A stretch of 64,000 nt of DNA from Candidatus Latescibacterota bacterium (GTDB lineage Bacteria > Latescibacterota > UBA2968), in NCBI GenBank assembly GCA_965207885.1, contig OZ242311.1:4032001-4096000 (forward strand). The letters run 5' to 3'. The notes below the pieces were generated by a model that ran no database searches, was not told where the DNA came from, and saw only the letters and a list, made by a program, of their open reading frames with translations. Positions 41,407-51,054 of the stretch are shown here, piece after piece (within the stretch, counting starts at the first letter, position 1; each line of letters starts with the position of its first letter). The position numbers were made by a program, and so were the translations under genes.

Positions 41407-43644
41407 ATGTCTCACCGTATATTTGCACACAGGCGTTCGTCAAAATATCGCCTGTTGTTGATTGCGATCCTTGCATTACTCGTATATGTGAGCCAGATTT
41501 CTGTACAGGGCATGTCGCCCGGGGAGGTCACACCTGATCAGGATGAACTTACCCAATCATCCGCCCTGGAGAGCACGGGTGGAGTACAAAATCTGGATGT
41601 GTCCAATGCGGTGCTCTCCTTTACGCAACAAGCGACCACTTGCCCCGGTGATTTTGACGGCAATGGGATGGTCAACATCGCTGATTTTCTGCTCTTTACC
41701 GGCGTGTTTGGCACCTCTTCAGGCGATGCCAATTACAACGCGCTTATGGATATGGACGGCAATGGTGAGATCGGCATCGCTGATTTTCTACTCTTTACCG
41801 GCGTGTTTGGCACCACCTGCGAGGTATCGTCACAGCAGTACGATGAGTTCACGAGTTCCCAAGGCCGCACGATCCGATACCGCTTGTATTTTGATGATGC
41901 GTGGAACCCCCGCGAGCCACGCGGCCTTTTGATTTTTTTTCACGGTACCAACAATGGTACGGAGCAACAGATGCTTGAGTGGTTCAGAGGGTTCGCGCAG
42001 TTGGCTCAGGACGAAGGTCTCGCGTACGCGGTTGTTGCTTCGCCGGCATCGGAGGGGGAGGGGCATCCATTCCGTCTGCTCGGTTCCTTGTTGAATGGAG
42101 GCGGTCGGAGGTATTGGGTTCCGAGGGATTATCGGCTGGTCCATGAATTGCTGCAGAGTGGTTTCAACGGGTCAATGGTCATCGACTACGATTCCATAGT
42201 GTTCTACGGTGGCTCGCAGGGGACGATCTTTCTTATTGATTTCGTTGAGCGATATGCGGGCGTGTATGGTGGAGGACTCTGGGCTTCGTGCGGCGGTGTA
42301 GGGGACGACGGTGTGACGTTTATGCGCGATTACGGTTTGTCGGAATGGGAACCTCTTTTCTCCTGGACTCCGTCGTCGTCCGCCTTTGTCAGAGAGCGTT
42401 TTCGCGTTTTCGTAGAAGCCACCACTGGCGATTTTTTGCACACGAGGGCGGTTTTGACCGCCCATTACTACTCAGAAATCCTTGGATTGGATGTGGAGGC
42501 GGAATTAGAGGCTCCCGGCGGCCACTGCGCAGACGGGCTTGTCAAATGGACAAGACGGCAAGTCGTTCCGTGGTTAGCGGATGGCGGTCGCCAAATGCGG
42601 ACACAAATACCACGCGATGGCGATGCCGATGGCGACGGGATCGAAGACGAACGGGACAGCGATGCCGATGGCGACGGATCACTCAATTTCATTGACGCGC
42701 TTCCGCTGGATGCCCGCGACTGGCTGGATACCGACGCTGATGGTATTGGCAACTTCATGGATCGCGATGCAGACGGAGATGGTGTGGATAACGCTGCTGA
42801 CCCGTTCCCGCTAGATCCTGGCGAAAGCCGGGATACGGATGGCGACGGCGTGGGCGACAACCTTGATGACGACGACTCCGCAGGGCTTGCGTTGAAGAGG
42901 GTGATGTCCAGTTATGCTAAGTTTCCATCTGGTATTCGATCAAGCAAAGTCCATGCGCGGAAGCCCCCCGGGATTCGTTATCCGCCGCCAGAAGGGAATC
43001 GACAAGTTTACCTGTATCTGGAACTTGGGAATGGAGAAGTCATAAATATCATGGTTGACAGATTCGACCGGGACGAGCACTGCGAGACAACCCTGATTGA
43101 GGGACTGTGCGGCGACAACGACACCAAATATGCCGGTTACTGGGACGAGTATATCGACAAGATCTGGGTCGATCGGAACAACAACAGCATTCTGACAGAC
43201 GATGGTCCCCCACTCGTGCTTGGACCACTACATGTGAGGGTCGGTTGGAGGCCAGCTGTTACTACCGATGTTAAAGTTTCGTACGCTTCGGGCAAGAAAC
43301 TTCCCTACTGGCTCCAACTCTCGGTGCATTCTGATCTGGCCAGAGGTGTGCGTTATTTCGGAGGCAGCATCTGGACGGGTTCTGTAGAGACGCCTGCCGG
43401 AGAGCGGATTCTGGTAGCGACAGCTGACCTGAATGCGGATGGCCTGTTTGATTCGGAAGACAAGGACATCGTTTGTATTGATCTTGACCGAAACGGCGCA
43501 TTCAATGAGTGCCTTCTGGGCGAAGATAGGAGAACAAGGCCAGGCGCTTTTAGGCCCGGCGAATACTTCATCCTTGACGGACACGAACTCCAGGTTATCG
43601 TATCGCCATCAGGGCAGGATGTCGAAATCATCGCTGCGCGCTGA
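41407..43644 (+). CDS. Secreted protein: EF-hand/dockerin-like module, alpha/beta-hydrolase-like domain, thrombospondin type-3-like Ca-binding repeats
   Basis: DFDGNGMVNIADF/DMDGNGEIGIADF; FHG, GGSQG, GGH; DADGDG..D.FPLD repeats. Confidence 0.75.
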   Translation: MSHRIFAHRRSSKYRLLLIAILALLVYVSQISVQGMSPGEVTPDQDELTQSSALESTGGVQNLDVSNAVLSFTQQATTCPGDFDGNGMVNIADFLLFTGVFGTSSGDANYNALMDMDGNGEIGIADFLLFTGVFGTTCEVSSQQYDEFTSSQGRTIRYRLYFDDAWNPREPRGLLIFFHGTNNGTEQQMLEWFRGFAQLAQDEGLAYAVVASPASEGEGHPFRLLGSLLNGGGRRYWVPRDYRLVHELLQSGFNGSMVIDYDSIVFYGGSQGTIFLIDFVERYAGVYGGGLWASCGGVGDDGVTFMRDYGLSEWEPLFSWTPSSSAFVRERFRVFVEATTGDFLHTRAVLTAHYYSEILGLDVEAELEAPGGHCADGLVKWTRRQVVPWLADGGRQMRTQIPRDGDADGDGIEDERDSDADGDGSLNFIDALPLDARDWLDTDADGIGNFMDRDADGDGVDNAADPFPLDPGESRDTDGDGVGDNLDDDDSAGLALKRVMSSYAKFPSGIRSSKVHARKPPGIRYPPPEGNRQVYLYLELGNGEVINIMVDRFDRDEHCETTLIEGLCGDNDTKYAGYWDEYIDKIWVDRNNNSILTDDGPPLVLGPLHVRVGWRPAVTTDVKVSYASGKKLPYWLQLSVHSDLARGVRYFGGSIWTGSVETPAGERILVATADLNADGLFDSEDKDIVCIDLDRNGAFNECLLGEDRRTRPGAFRPGEYFILDGHELQVIVSPSGQDVEIIAAR

Positions 43645-43774
43645 CGGCGTGGTCGAGTCGGTAACGGAAGCGGATGCGCTTGAGCAACCTGTACCTATCG
43701 ATGTTGTAAAATTTCGGCCTGGAAATCGATCACTTCGGCCAGAGTACCGGCACGTTAAAAGGATTTGAATAAAA

Positions 43775-46240
43775 ATGAAAAAAAGCGTTCTATTCCTCCT
43801 GATTGGCATTTTTCTCTTAGCGACTGCCTGGGCAGAAGGGGATGCGACATACAAAAACACCGTGCGGACGTTTCTGGCGCAGCGATGTTATAAATGCCAC
43901 GGCGCAGAGCTTCAAAAAGCAGACCTGCGGTTTGACACCCTCACATTGGATTTTCACAATGAAGATGTCTTGCTCACATGGCAAAACATCGCCGACATGT
44001 TAAATCTCGGCTTAATGCCGCCCTATGAAGAGCCGCAGCCCGAACTGGCTGAGATGAAACCCGTAATCGACTGGATCACCGCCTCGCTAAAAGCGCATCA
44101 CGAAGCCGAAGAAAGCACGGGCGGACAAACGGTCTTGCGCCGATTAAATCGGAACGAATACCGCAACACCATTCGGGACCTGTTGCATCTGGACATGACC
44201 ATGTTCGACCCTACAAATGCATTTCCCCAGGACGATGAAGAACACGGATTTGACAACATCGGCAAAACACTCGTCATGTCGGATTTCCTGCTCGAAAAAT
44301 ACCTCGACGCCGCCGATCAAATTGTGGAACTCGCCGTATTGCCCGGCCCACAGCCGAAAGCGAAGACCTATGCGTTTGGGTCTCCTCTCATGCGCGGGGG
44401 CGGTGGCTTTTTGGCGTCGGCGGGCCGCCGCTTGAAGCAGGGATACGACGAACTATTCCGCCGTCCCGACGACCGCTGGGGATACATGTCCATCGACAGA
44501 TTCCGAAAAGGCGTACCGCATTCGGGAATGTACCGCGTACGCGTTCGCGCATCTGCACACAACCAGCAACATCCCTACGATAGAATACTCCGAACAGATG
44601 AAAATGAACCCATACGCATGGGAATCGTGACGACGTCGGGACGTTATGGCGATTTGAGACGGGGCAATGCATCGGATGTGCCGTTGATCGAATTTGAAAT
44701 GATCGCAGACGGCAAACCGCGCGATTATGAATTTGAACGCTATCTGGATAAGTCTTATCTGCCGCGCGTCACCTATCCAAACGGACCGATCAGTTTTTTT
44801 TGGAGAAATCTTCTAAGGCACTATCATTTCCAACTCCTCAACAGGACGGATCGGCGCAAGCTGACGCGAGAAGAGAGTCAAAAGATCGTAAATCAGCAAA
44901 CAGAGATCCTGGTGCAGAATTATCAGGGACCGAGCATTCGCGTGTATGAAATCGAGATCGAAGGTCCGTTTTACGACCAGTGGCCTCCGCCTTCGCACAC
45001 GAGCATCTTTGGCAAACGCGATCCCGACAAAGTCAAACCGCGCGATATCCTGACCCGCTTTGCAACGCGCGCGTATCGCCGCTCGGTCAAACACAGTGAA
45101 ATCGCGCACATCCTGCAACTGGTCGAGCAGGAAGAAAAAGCCGGCGCCTCGCGCGTTCAGGCCATCACAATGGGCTTAAAAGCCATCCTGTGTTCTCCCA
45201 ACTTCCTCTATCTCTACGAAAACGAAGGCCGATTAGACGACTACGCACTCGCGTCCAAGCTGTCGTATTTTCTCTGGTCATCCATGCCCGACGAAGAATT
45301 ATTTGAGCAGGCCAGGAAAAAGCGATTGCACAAACCCGAAGTTCTGCGTGCGCAAATTGATCGCATGTTAAAAGACGAAAAAGCGCAGGCATTTGTAGAG
45401 AACTTCACAGAGCGCTGGTTGGCCCTGTACAAAATCGGCGAAATGCCGCCCGACCCGCGCAATTTCCGACTGTACTATCAGGCGCATCTCGAAGACGCGA
45501 TCAAAAAAGAAACCCACGCCTATTTTCAGCACATCCTGGACAAAAACATGAGCATCGCGCATTTCATCGACTCGGACTTCACCTTCGTCAATCGCGACCT
45601 GAGCTTGTTATACCGCATAGAAGGCATAGAAAGCCGGGAATTTCGCAAAGTAAAACTCAACGACCCCAACCGCGGTGGCCTGCTGGGACACGCCAGCGTA
45701 TTGACGGCAACCTCCAACGGAATCGAAACCTCGCCCGTAGTGCGCGGCGTATGGGTATTGGAGAATATATTGGGCATCACACCCCCACCACCCCTGCCCG
45801 ATATCGAACCGATCGAACCCGACATACGAGGATCGACGACCATACGCCAGCAACTGGCAAGCCACCGCAATATCGCCACCTGCAACGAATGCCATCGCCA
45901 CATCGATCCATTGGGCTTTGCACTGGAAAATTTCAATCCCATAGGCGCGTGGCGATCTGGTTACGGTCCCAAGAAACCAAAAATAGATGCGTCAGACGTC
46001 CTGTCTGACGGCAGCAAATTCGACGACCTTGTGGGCTTTAAGAAAATATTGATGCAAAAGAAAGATCAATTTGCCCGCTGCCTGACCGAAAAAATGCTCA
46101 CCTACGCGACCGGACGCACGCTGGAAGCCACTGATCGCCCCGAAGTGGATCGCATCGTACACAACTTAAAAACACAGGGCTATGGCTTGAAAGACCTGGT
46201 CCTGCTCATCGCGACGAGCGAACCGTTCTTGACCAAATAA
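43775..46240 (+). CDS. DUF1592/DUF1588-family planctomycete-type cytochrome c protein
   Basis: CYKCH, LRRLNRNEY.NT, LSYFLWSSMPD, RGGLLG, TSPVVRGVWV, CNECH..IDPLGFALENF. Confidence 0.9.
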   Translation: MKKSVLFLLIGIFLLATAWAEGDATYKNTVRTFLAQRCYKCHGAELQKADLRFDTLTLDFHNEDVLLTWQNIADMLNLGLMPPYEEPQPELAEMKPVIDWITASLKAHHEAEESTGGQTVLRRLNRNEYRNTIRDLLHLDMTMFDPTNAFPQDDEEHGFDNIGKTLVMSDFLLEKYLDAADQIVELAVLPGPQPKAKTYAFGSPLMRGGGGFLASAGRRLKQGYDELFRRPDDRWGYMSIDRFRKGVPHSGMYRVRVRASAHNQQHPYDRILRTDENEPIRMGIVTTSGRYGDLRRGNASDVPLIEFEMIADGKPRDYEFERYLDKSYLPRVTYPNGPISFFWRNLLRHYHFQLLNRTDRRKLTREESQKIVNQQTEILVQNYQGPSIRVYEIEIEGPFYDQWPPPSHTSIFGKRDPDKVKPRDILTRFATRAYRRSVKHSEIAHILQLVEQEEKAGASRVQAITMGLKAILCSPNFLYLYENEGRLDDYALASKLSYFLWSSMPDEELFEQARKKRLHKPEVLRAQIDRMLKDEKAQAFVENFTERWLALYKIGEMPPDPRNFRLYYQAHLEDAIKKETHAYFQHILDKNMSIAHFIDSDFTFVNRDLSLLYRIEGIESREFRKVKLNDPNRGGLLGHASVLTATSNGIETSPVVRGVWVLENILGITPPPPLPDIEPIEPDIRGSTTIRQQLASHRNIATCNECHRHIDPLGFALENFNPIGAWRSGYGPKKPKIDASDVLSDGSKFDDLVGFKKILMQKKDQFARCLTEKMLTYATGRTLEATDRPEVDRIVHNLKTQGYGLKDLVLLIATSEPFLTK

Positions 46241-46336
46241 AAACAAACTGGATTATTGGCGTCAATGACACCTGTTGCTCGTCACGCCCCTGCTTAGAGC
46301 ATATAAAGGACTTCTTGAACAGCCTGGAAGAGAACC

Positions 46337-46504
46337 ATGAAACGCGATCCTATTGTTGAAGAAATTCACCAGACGAGACAGAAACTCCTACAAGAGTGTG
46401 GTGGCGATATCAACCAGTTAATGGACCGCTTAAAAGCCGCTGAAATACAAGACCGATATCGCGTGGTCAGCACCATCTCTGTCCGCAAGACCTCATTCTC
46501 ATAA
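46337..46504 (+). CDS. Small protein (MKRDPIVEEIHQTR...), antitoxin-like
   Basis: 55-aa ORF translated by hand; DPIVEEI..R start resembles small PIN-toxin partner proteins. Confidence 0.45.
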   Translation: MKRDPIVEEIHQTRQKLLQECGGDINQLMDRLKAAEIQDRYRVVSTISVRKTSFS

Positions 46505-46588
46505 TCAGGGTTATAGGAATAACAAATATCAATCACAGGCTTGAACACAAGCCTTAAATACTCCACCAAAAGGGGGAATGCCAAGCCT

Positions 46589-47527
46589 ATGATAGATGAA
46601 CTGAGTAAAATTCGCCATGCGCGTTTTCGTATGGAGATGGTGGCGGTTGACCGCTTAAAATTGCCGTCCTATAAAGGATCGACCTTTCGAGGAGCTTTTG
46701 GGCATGCGTTCAAAAGGCTGGTGTGTGTCAAGCGGGATATGGACTGTTCGACGTGTCTGATCTGCGCCCAGTGCGTTTATTATTATATTTTTGAGACACC
46801 GTTTAGCGGTGGGGAAGATAGCCGAGGTTACGCTTTTGCGCCACATCCGTTTGTGATTGAACCGCCCGGTGAGACGCGCCAGATTTACGAGATGGGCGAT
46901 GATCTACCCGTCGGCCTTGTTCTGGTGGGGCGGGCACTGGATTCTCTGCCGTATTTTATTTATGCCTTTGAAGAAATGGGACATCGGGGCTTGGGTACAG
47001 GGCGCGGCAAAGTTGCGCTGAAGCGGGTTGTTGCGCTGAGTGCGGCGGGCGAACAATGCATTTATGAGGCGGATACGGGCATATTGGATCTGGATTACCC
47101 GGTTTCCACGGGGTTGTCCAGTGGAGAAGAGATCGGGCCACTATTGCATCTGCGGTTGCAGACCCCGCTCCGTCTCAAAACACGGGGGCGCTATGCTTCT
47201 CGACTCGATTTTTCCTTGCTGGTGCGTGCGCTACTGCGGCGCATTTCAGATTTGACGCGCTTTCATTGCGGTGCGGAACTGGAGCTAAATTACGATCAGT
47301 GGATTGCGCGGGCAGAAAAAGTGCAGACTGCGGCGGTGAATACGCGCTGGTACGATTGGGAGCGGTATTCATTGCGCCAGGACCAAAAGATGAAATTGGG
47401 CGGTCTGGTGGGCGATGTGGTTTTTACCGGGGATATAGAGCCGTTCATGCCGCTTTTGCGCCTGGGCGCAGACTTGCATGTGGGCAAGGGCACGGGCTTT
47501 GGCCTGGGGCGTTATGAGATTTTGTGA
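46589..47527 (+). CDS. cas6: CRISPR pre-crRNA processing endoribonuclease Cas6
   Basis: GSTFRGAFG, Cys cluster, PHPFVIEPP, C-terminal HVGKGTGFGLGRY G-rich loop. Confidence 0.93.
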   Translation: MIDELSKIRHARFRMEMVAVDRLKLPSYKGSTFRGAFGHAFKRLVCVKRDMDCSTCLICAQCVYYYIFETPFSGGEDSRGYAFAPHPFVIEPPGETRQIYEMGDDLPVGLVLVGRALDSLPYFIYAFEEMGHRGLGTGRGKVALKRVVALSAAGEQCIYEADTGILDLDYPVSTGLSSGEEIGPLLHLRLQTPLRLKTRGRYASRLDFSLLVRALLRRISDLTRFHCGAELELNYDQWIARAEKVQTAAVNTRWYDWERYSLRQDQKMKLGGLVGDVVFTGDIEPFMPLLRLGADLHVGKGTGFGLGRYEIL

Positions 47528-47534
47528 GGGATAG

Positions 47535-49436
47535 ATGGCGGACATACAGGACATGTTGCATCAGGCGCGACAGCATATCGAGGCAGAGGAATTTGATCGC
47601 GCCGAGAGTTTGTGCGCCGATGTACTGGTGACCGATCCGGTTAGCGTGCTGGCGCACCAGTTGATGGCGCGGGTGTGGCTGGGGCGGAACGAACCAGATA
47701 AGGTGCGCGACCGCATCGCGTATCGCGACCAGTTGCCCTGCGATGAACACTATGTCGAATGGGGTCTGATCGCCGAGGAGGTGGAGGCGTTGGAAACCGC
47801 GGTTCAGATCTATGAAGACCTGCTAAAACGGGCACCGGAAAATGGCGTGGTGCTCTACCGATTGGGCCTGATCTGTCTGGAACGCGGCGAGCGGGACAGG
47901 GCCGTGGGCCTGTTGCAGCGCGTCCTGCGGGTGAGTCCAGATCACGCTGCGGCTGCTTTTGAACTGGCGCAATGCTATGTCGAAGACGAGTTGTGGGGGC
48001 TGGCCGCAGATGCCTATGAGCGGGGCCTGGCGAGCGATCCGGATAATGAGGAGGCGCAGACCGCACTTCAGGTGGTGATGGCGCGGATGCGAGAGTTGGC
48101 GCAATTGCCCAGCAGCGAGGTGCCGTCTGGAGAGGGGGCCGCGCGGCGGATGCGGATCTTATTTGCCGGACGGGAAGGGATGCATGCGCGGCAGTGGATA
48201 GATGAGGATGGTCGGGTCGGGTACAGTCCGGTGCAGGAGCCGCTTGCCGATCATCTGCTCTCTCTGCATCTGCAAGGCTCGGCGACTTTGGGCGTGTACC
48301 CGGTGCGGGCAGATCAAACAGTGCTTTTTGGCGTTATTGATATCGATATCCGCAAAAGTGCCCTGAAAGCGGGCGAGGCAGGGCAGTCCGTATCTGATCG
48401 GCTTCAAGAGTTGGTGCTGGCCGACGCCCGGCGACTATCACGGCGGTTCGATGAATTACACCTGCCGGTCTATGTGGAAGACAGTGGATACAAGGGGGTG
48501 CATCTGTGGCTTTTTTTTGCGGAGCCGGTGCCCGCGGCAGTGGTGAAGCGTTTTTTAGAGGCGGTTGTCCAGCGGGTCGGTCCGCCTGGGCCAGAGCTTC
48601 AGTGGGAAGTTTTTCCCAAGCAAGAGCAAGTCGCTGAAGATCAACTGGGCAATTTGATCAAGTTGCCGCTGGGGATTCATCTGAAGACCGGGCGAAGGTG
48701 TTTGTTCACGGATTTGGAAGGGCAAGAATACAGCGACCAGGAAGGTTTCCTCCAGCGCATCCAGCAGGTCGAGCGACAGGCTTTTGAACAGGCGGTGTCC
48801 CGATTGGTGGCGCCACCTGAACAAGGTGGTGTTGCCGGGTCAGTGGAAACACTACGAGAAGCTTTTCCCGAGTACGAAGCCCTTTTCAAGGGGTGTCCGG
48901 TGCTGGTCGCTCTGATGGAAAAAGCCGTGATTACGCATCATCTCACGCACGATGAACGCCTGGTGCTCAAGTGCGTTTTGGGACATTTGGACGATGGTGG
49001 GCACCGGCTGATCCACGGTATTATAGGGCATTGTCTCGATTACTCCGAGAAGATTACGCAGCAGCAGATTGAGCGCACGCCGCCCTATCCCATCAGTTGT
49101 CCCAAGATTCGCCAGCGTCTCCCCGAGGTTACTTCGACGGTCAACTGCGCGTGTGTGTTCGATTTGCCCGAAGGGGGGTATCCTTCTCCGCTGTTGCATC
49201 TCGATGCAACTTTTACCAGAGGTCGGTCACAAAGTGCAGACCGCCACGGGCCTCTGGTGGATAAATACGTGACTTTGCAGCGGGATTACCAGCGGTTGAA
49301 ACGCGAGTTGGCGCAACTCGAAGACGATTTGTACTATGCCATTACCTCGGCAGATCAGGATGAATTGCGGGCCGGTGGATGGATTTTGCGCCGGGATGGA
49401 GACGGGCGTTTCCAGGTGGAGGTTGACCTGGGGTGA
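47535..49436 (+). CDS. CRISPR-associated primase-polymerase (TPR + AEP + Cys-rich C-terminal domain)
   Basis: N-terminal TPRs; AEP motifs VIDID, SGYKGVHLW, GNLIKLPLG; C-terminal GCP..HCLDY..PISC..CAC; GTGA overlap with cas1. Confidence 0.88.
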   Translation: MADIQDMLHQARQHIEAEEFDRAESLCADVLVTDPVSVLAHQLMARVWLGRNEPDKVRDRIAYRDQLPCDEHYVEWGLIAEEVEALETAVQIYEDLLKRAPENGVVLYRLGLICLERGERDRAVGLLQRVLRVSPDHAAAAFELAQCYVEDELWGLAADAYERGLASDPDNEEAQTALQVVMARMRELAQLPSSEVPSGEGAARRMRILFAGREGMHARQWIDEDGRVGYSPVQEPLADHLLSLHLQGSATLGVYPVRADQTVLFGVIDIDIRKSALKAGEAGQSVSDRLQELVLADARRLSRRFDELHLPVYVEDSGYKGVHLWLFFAEPVPAAVVKRFLEAVVQRVGPPGPELQWEVFPKQEQVAEDQLGNLIKLPLGIHLKTGRRCLFTDLEGQEYSDQEGFLQRIQQVERQAFEQAVSRLVAPPEQGGVAGSVETLREAFPEYEALFKGCPVLVALMEKAVITHHLTHDERLVLKCVLGHLDDGGHRLIHGIIGHCLDYSEKITQQQIERTPPYPISCPKIRQRLPEVTSTVNCACVFDLPEGGYPSPLLHLDATFTRGRSQSADRHGPLVDKYVTLQRDYQRLKRELAQLEDDLYYAITSADQDELRAGGWILRRDGDGRFQVEVDLG

Positions 49437-50431
49437 TTCTCTATGTGACAGATCAGGGTACGGGGGTTTATCGCCGCGGAGAGCGGTTGCAAGTTCGGCG
49501 GCACAAGCAAGTGCTGACCGAGGTGCATTTGCACGATCTGGAACAGGTGGTGCTTATGGGGCAAATCGCGCTTTCTTCTCAGGCGATGAGCACGTTGCTC
49601 GAAAAAGGGGTGGATACGGTTTTTCTGAGTACCAATGGACGGTATCGGGGGCGGCTGGTTGGCCCAGCGCGGCGCAATGTGGTGTTGCGACAAAAGCAGT
49701 TTAAGTGCTATGAGGATGAGCAGTTTCGTCTGCGTGTGGCGCGGGGTGTGGTGGAGGGTAAACTCCGCAATATGCGGACGCTGCTCATGCGTCTGGCGCG
49801 GCGGCGCAAGGTGGATGTGGGCACGGTGGCGCATAGATTGCGCCGGTCAATTCAGCAGGTGGGACAGGCGACCAGTGCCGAGTCTCTGCGCGGGATTGAG
49901 GGGGCGGGCACCGCGGCTTATTTTGGTGTGCTTGGGGCTTTTTTCCCCGAAGGATTCGCGTTTCAGGGGCGCAACCGCCGTCCGCCGAGAGACCCGGCCA
50001 ACGCGCTGCTCAGTTTTGGGTATGCCCTGCTGGGCAATAGCATAGAAGGCGCGATTTATCTGGTTGGTCTCGATCCGTATCTGGGTTTTCTGCATGTGGT
50101 TGATTATGGGCGTCCTTCTCTATCACTGGACTTGATGGAGGAGTTTCGGCCCGTGCTGGTGGATGCGCTGGTGCTGGATTTGATCAACCACAATCGGGTG
50201 CAGAGCGCGGATTTTGAAGCGCGGGATGGGGGCGTATTTTTGCAGGGCGAGGGCCGCAAGCGGTTGATTGAGGGGTACCAGCGACGTCTTGAAGACCGGG
50301 TAACTTATCCCGTGGGGGGCGAGCGGGTGGAGCGGATTTCTTACCGGCGTTGCCTCGAATATCAGGTGCGTCGATTGGCGCGGGTGATTATGGGCGAGGA
50401 GGCTCAGTACAGGGCTTTTCTGGTGCGTTGA
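49433..50431 (+). CDS. cas1: CRISPR-associated integrase Cas1
   Basis: LRGIEG..A..YF, RNRRPPRDPANALLSFGY, GFLH, DLMEEFRP. Confidence 0.97.
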   Translation: MILYVTDQGTGVYRRGERLQVRRHKQVLTEVHLHDLEQVVLMGQIALSSQAMSTLLEKGVDTVFLSTNGRYRGRLVGPARRNVVLRQKQFKCYEDEQFRLRVARGVVEGKLRNMRTLLMRLARRRKVDVGTVAHRLRRSIQQVGQATSAESLRGIEGAGTAAYFGVLGAFFPEGFAFQGRNRRPPRDPANALLSFGYALLGNSIEGAIYLVGLDPYLGFLHVVDYGRPSLSLDLMEEFRPVLVDALVLDLINHNRVQSADFEARDGGVFLQGEGRKRLIEGYQRRLEDRVTYPVGGERVERISYRRCLEYQVRRLARVIMGEEAQYRAFLVR

Positions 50432-50474
50432 GATGTTTGTAACGATCCGCAGGCATGTCCCTGCGGGTGTAAGC

Positions 50475-50522
50475 AGGGATGGACACAGAGAAAAAATGAG
50501 GGATGGACACAGAGAAAAAATG
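50475..50522 (+). repeat. Perfect 24-bp tandem duplication at the cas2 start
   Basis: AGGGATGGACACAGAGAAAAAATG occurs twice in tandem. Confidence 0.9.
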
Positions 50523-50795
50523 TTTGTGACGATTTGTTTTGATATCAGTTCTGACCGCACGCGCCGGCAGGCGACCCGGGTGCTGGAGGCTTATGCAACG
50601 CGGGTGCAAAAGAGTGTGTTCGAATGTCGCATTGCCGAACGGCAATTTGTCGAGTTGCGGCAGCGCATGAGTCAAATTGGTCTGGCTGAAGGCGATCTGG
50701 TGCGCTATTATACGCTGTGTCGCGCATGCGAGCGTAAGATCGAGTTTACCGGCGGTTCTCCCCCGCAGGATGAAAAAGATCATCTGATTGTTTGA
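50520..50795 (+). CDS. cas2: CRISPR-associated protein Cas2 (alternative in-frame start at 50433)
   Basis: ICFDISSDR, RVQKSVFEC, D.VRYYTLC..C. Confidence 0.95.
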   Translation: MFVTICFDISSDRTRRQATRVLEAYATRVQKSVFECRIAERQFVELRQRMSQIGLAEGDLVRYYTLCRACERKIEFTGGSPPQDEKDHLIV

Positions 50796-51054
50796 TAGCT
50801 GGTCTTTGCGACCCGGATTAGAAAGGGTTTGTCAATATGGCGCATTGAATTTCTACTGCTTTTAATCGGTGGGAATTAGCTACGTCACTTAACCCTATTC
50901 TGGGTCGCGAATTTGTAATTTCTTGTCCTACAATAGATTAACAGAAAGGGACTTCTATGATTGAAGAAAAATGGATGGATAAACGCCTGTCAATATGGCC
51001 TGAGTCGCAAAAGCACCTCAAACAGACTGTGACTCAACAAGTTAGAAAGGAGGG
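50796..51054 (+). promoter_or_regulatory. CRISPR leader
   Basis: AT-rich non-coding region between cas2 and repeat 1; inverted motifs TTTGCGACCC / GGGTCGCGAA / GAGTCGCAAA and direct repeat TGTCAATATGGC (50830, 50988). Confidence 0.75.
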
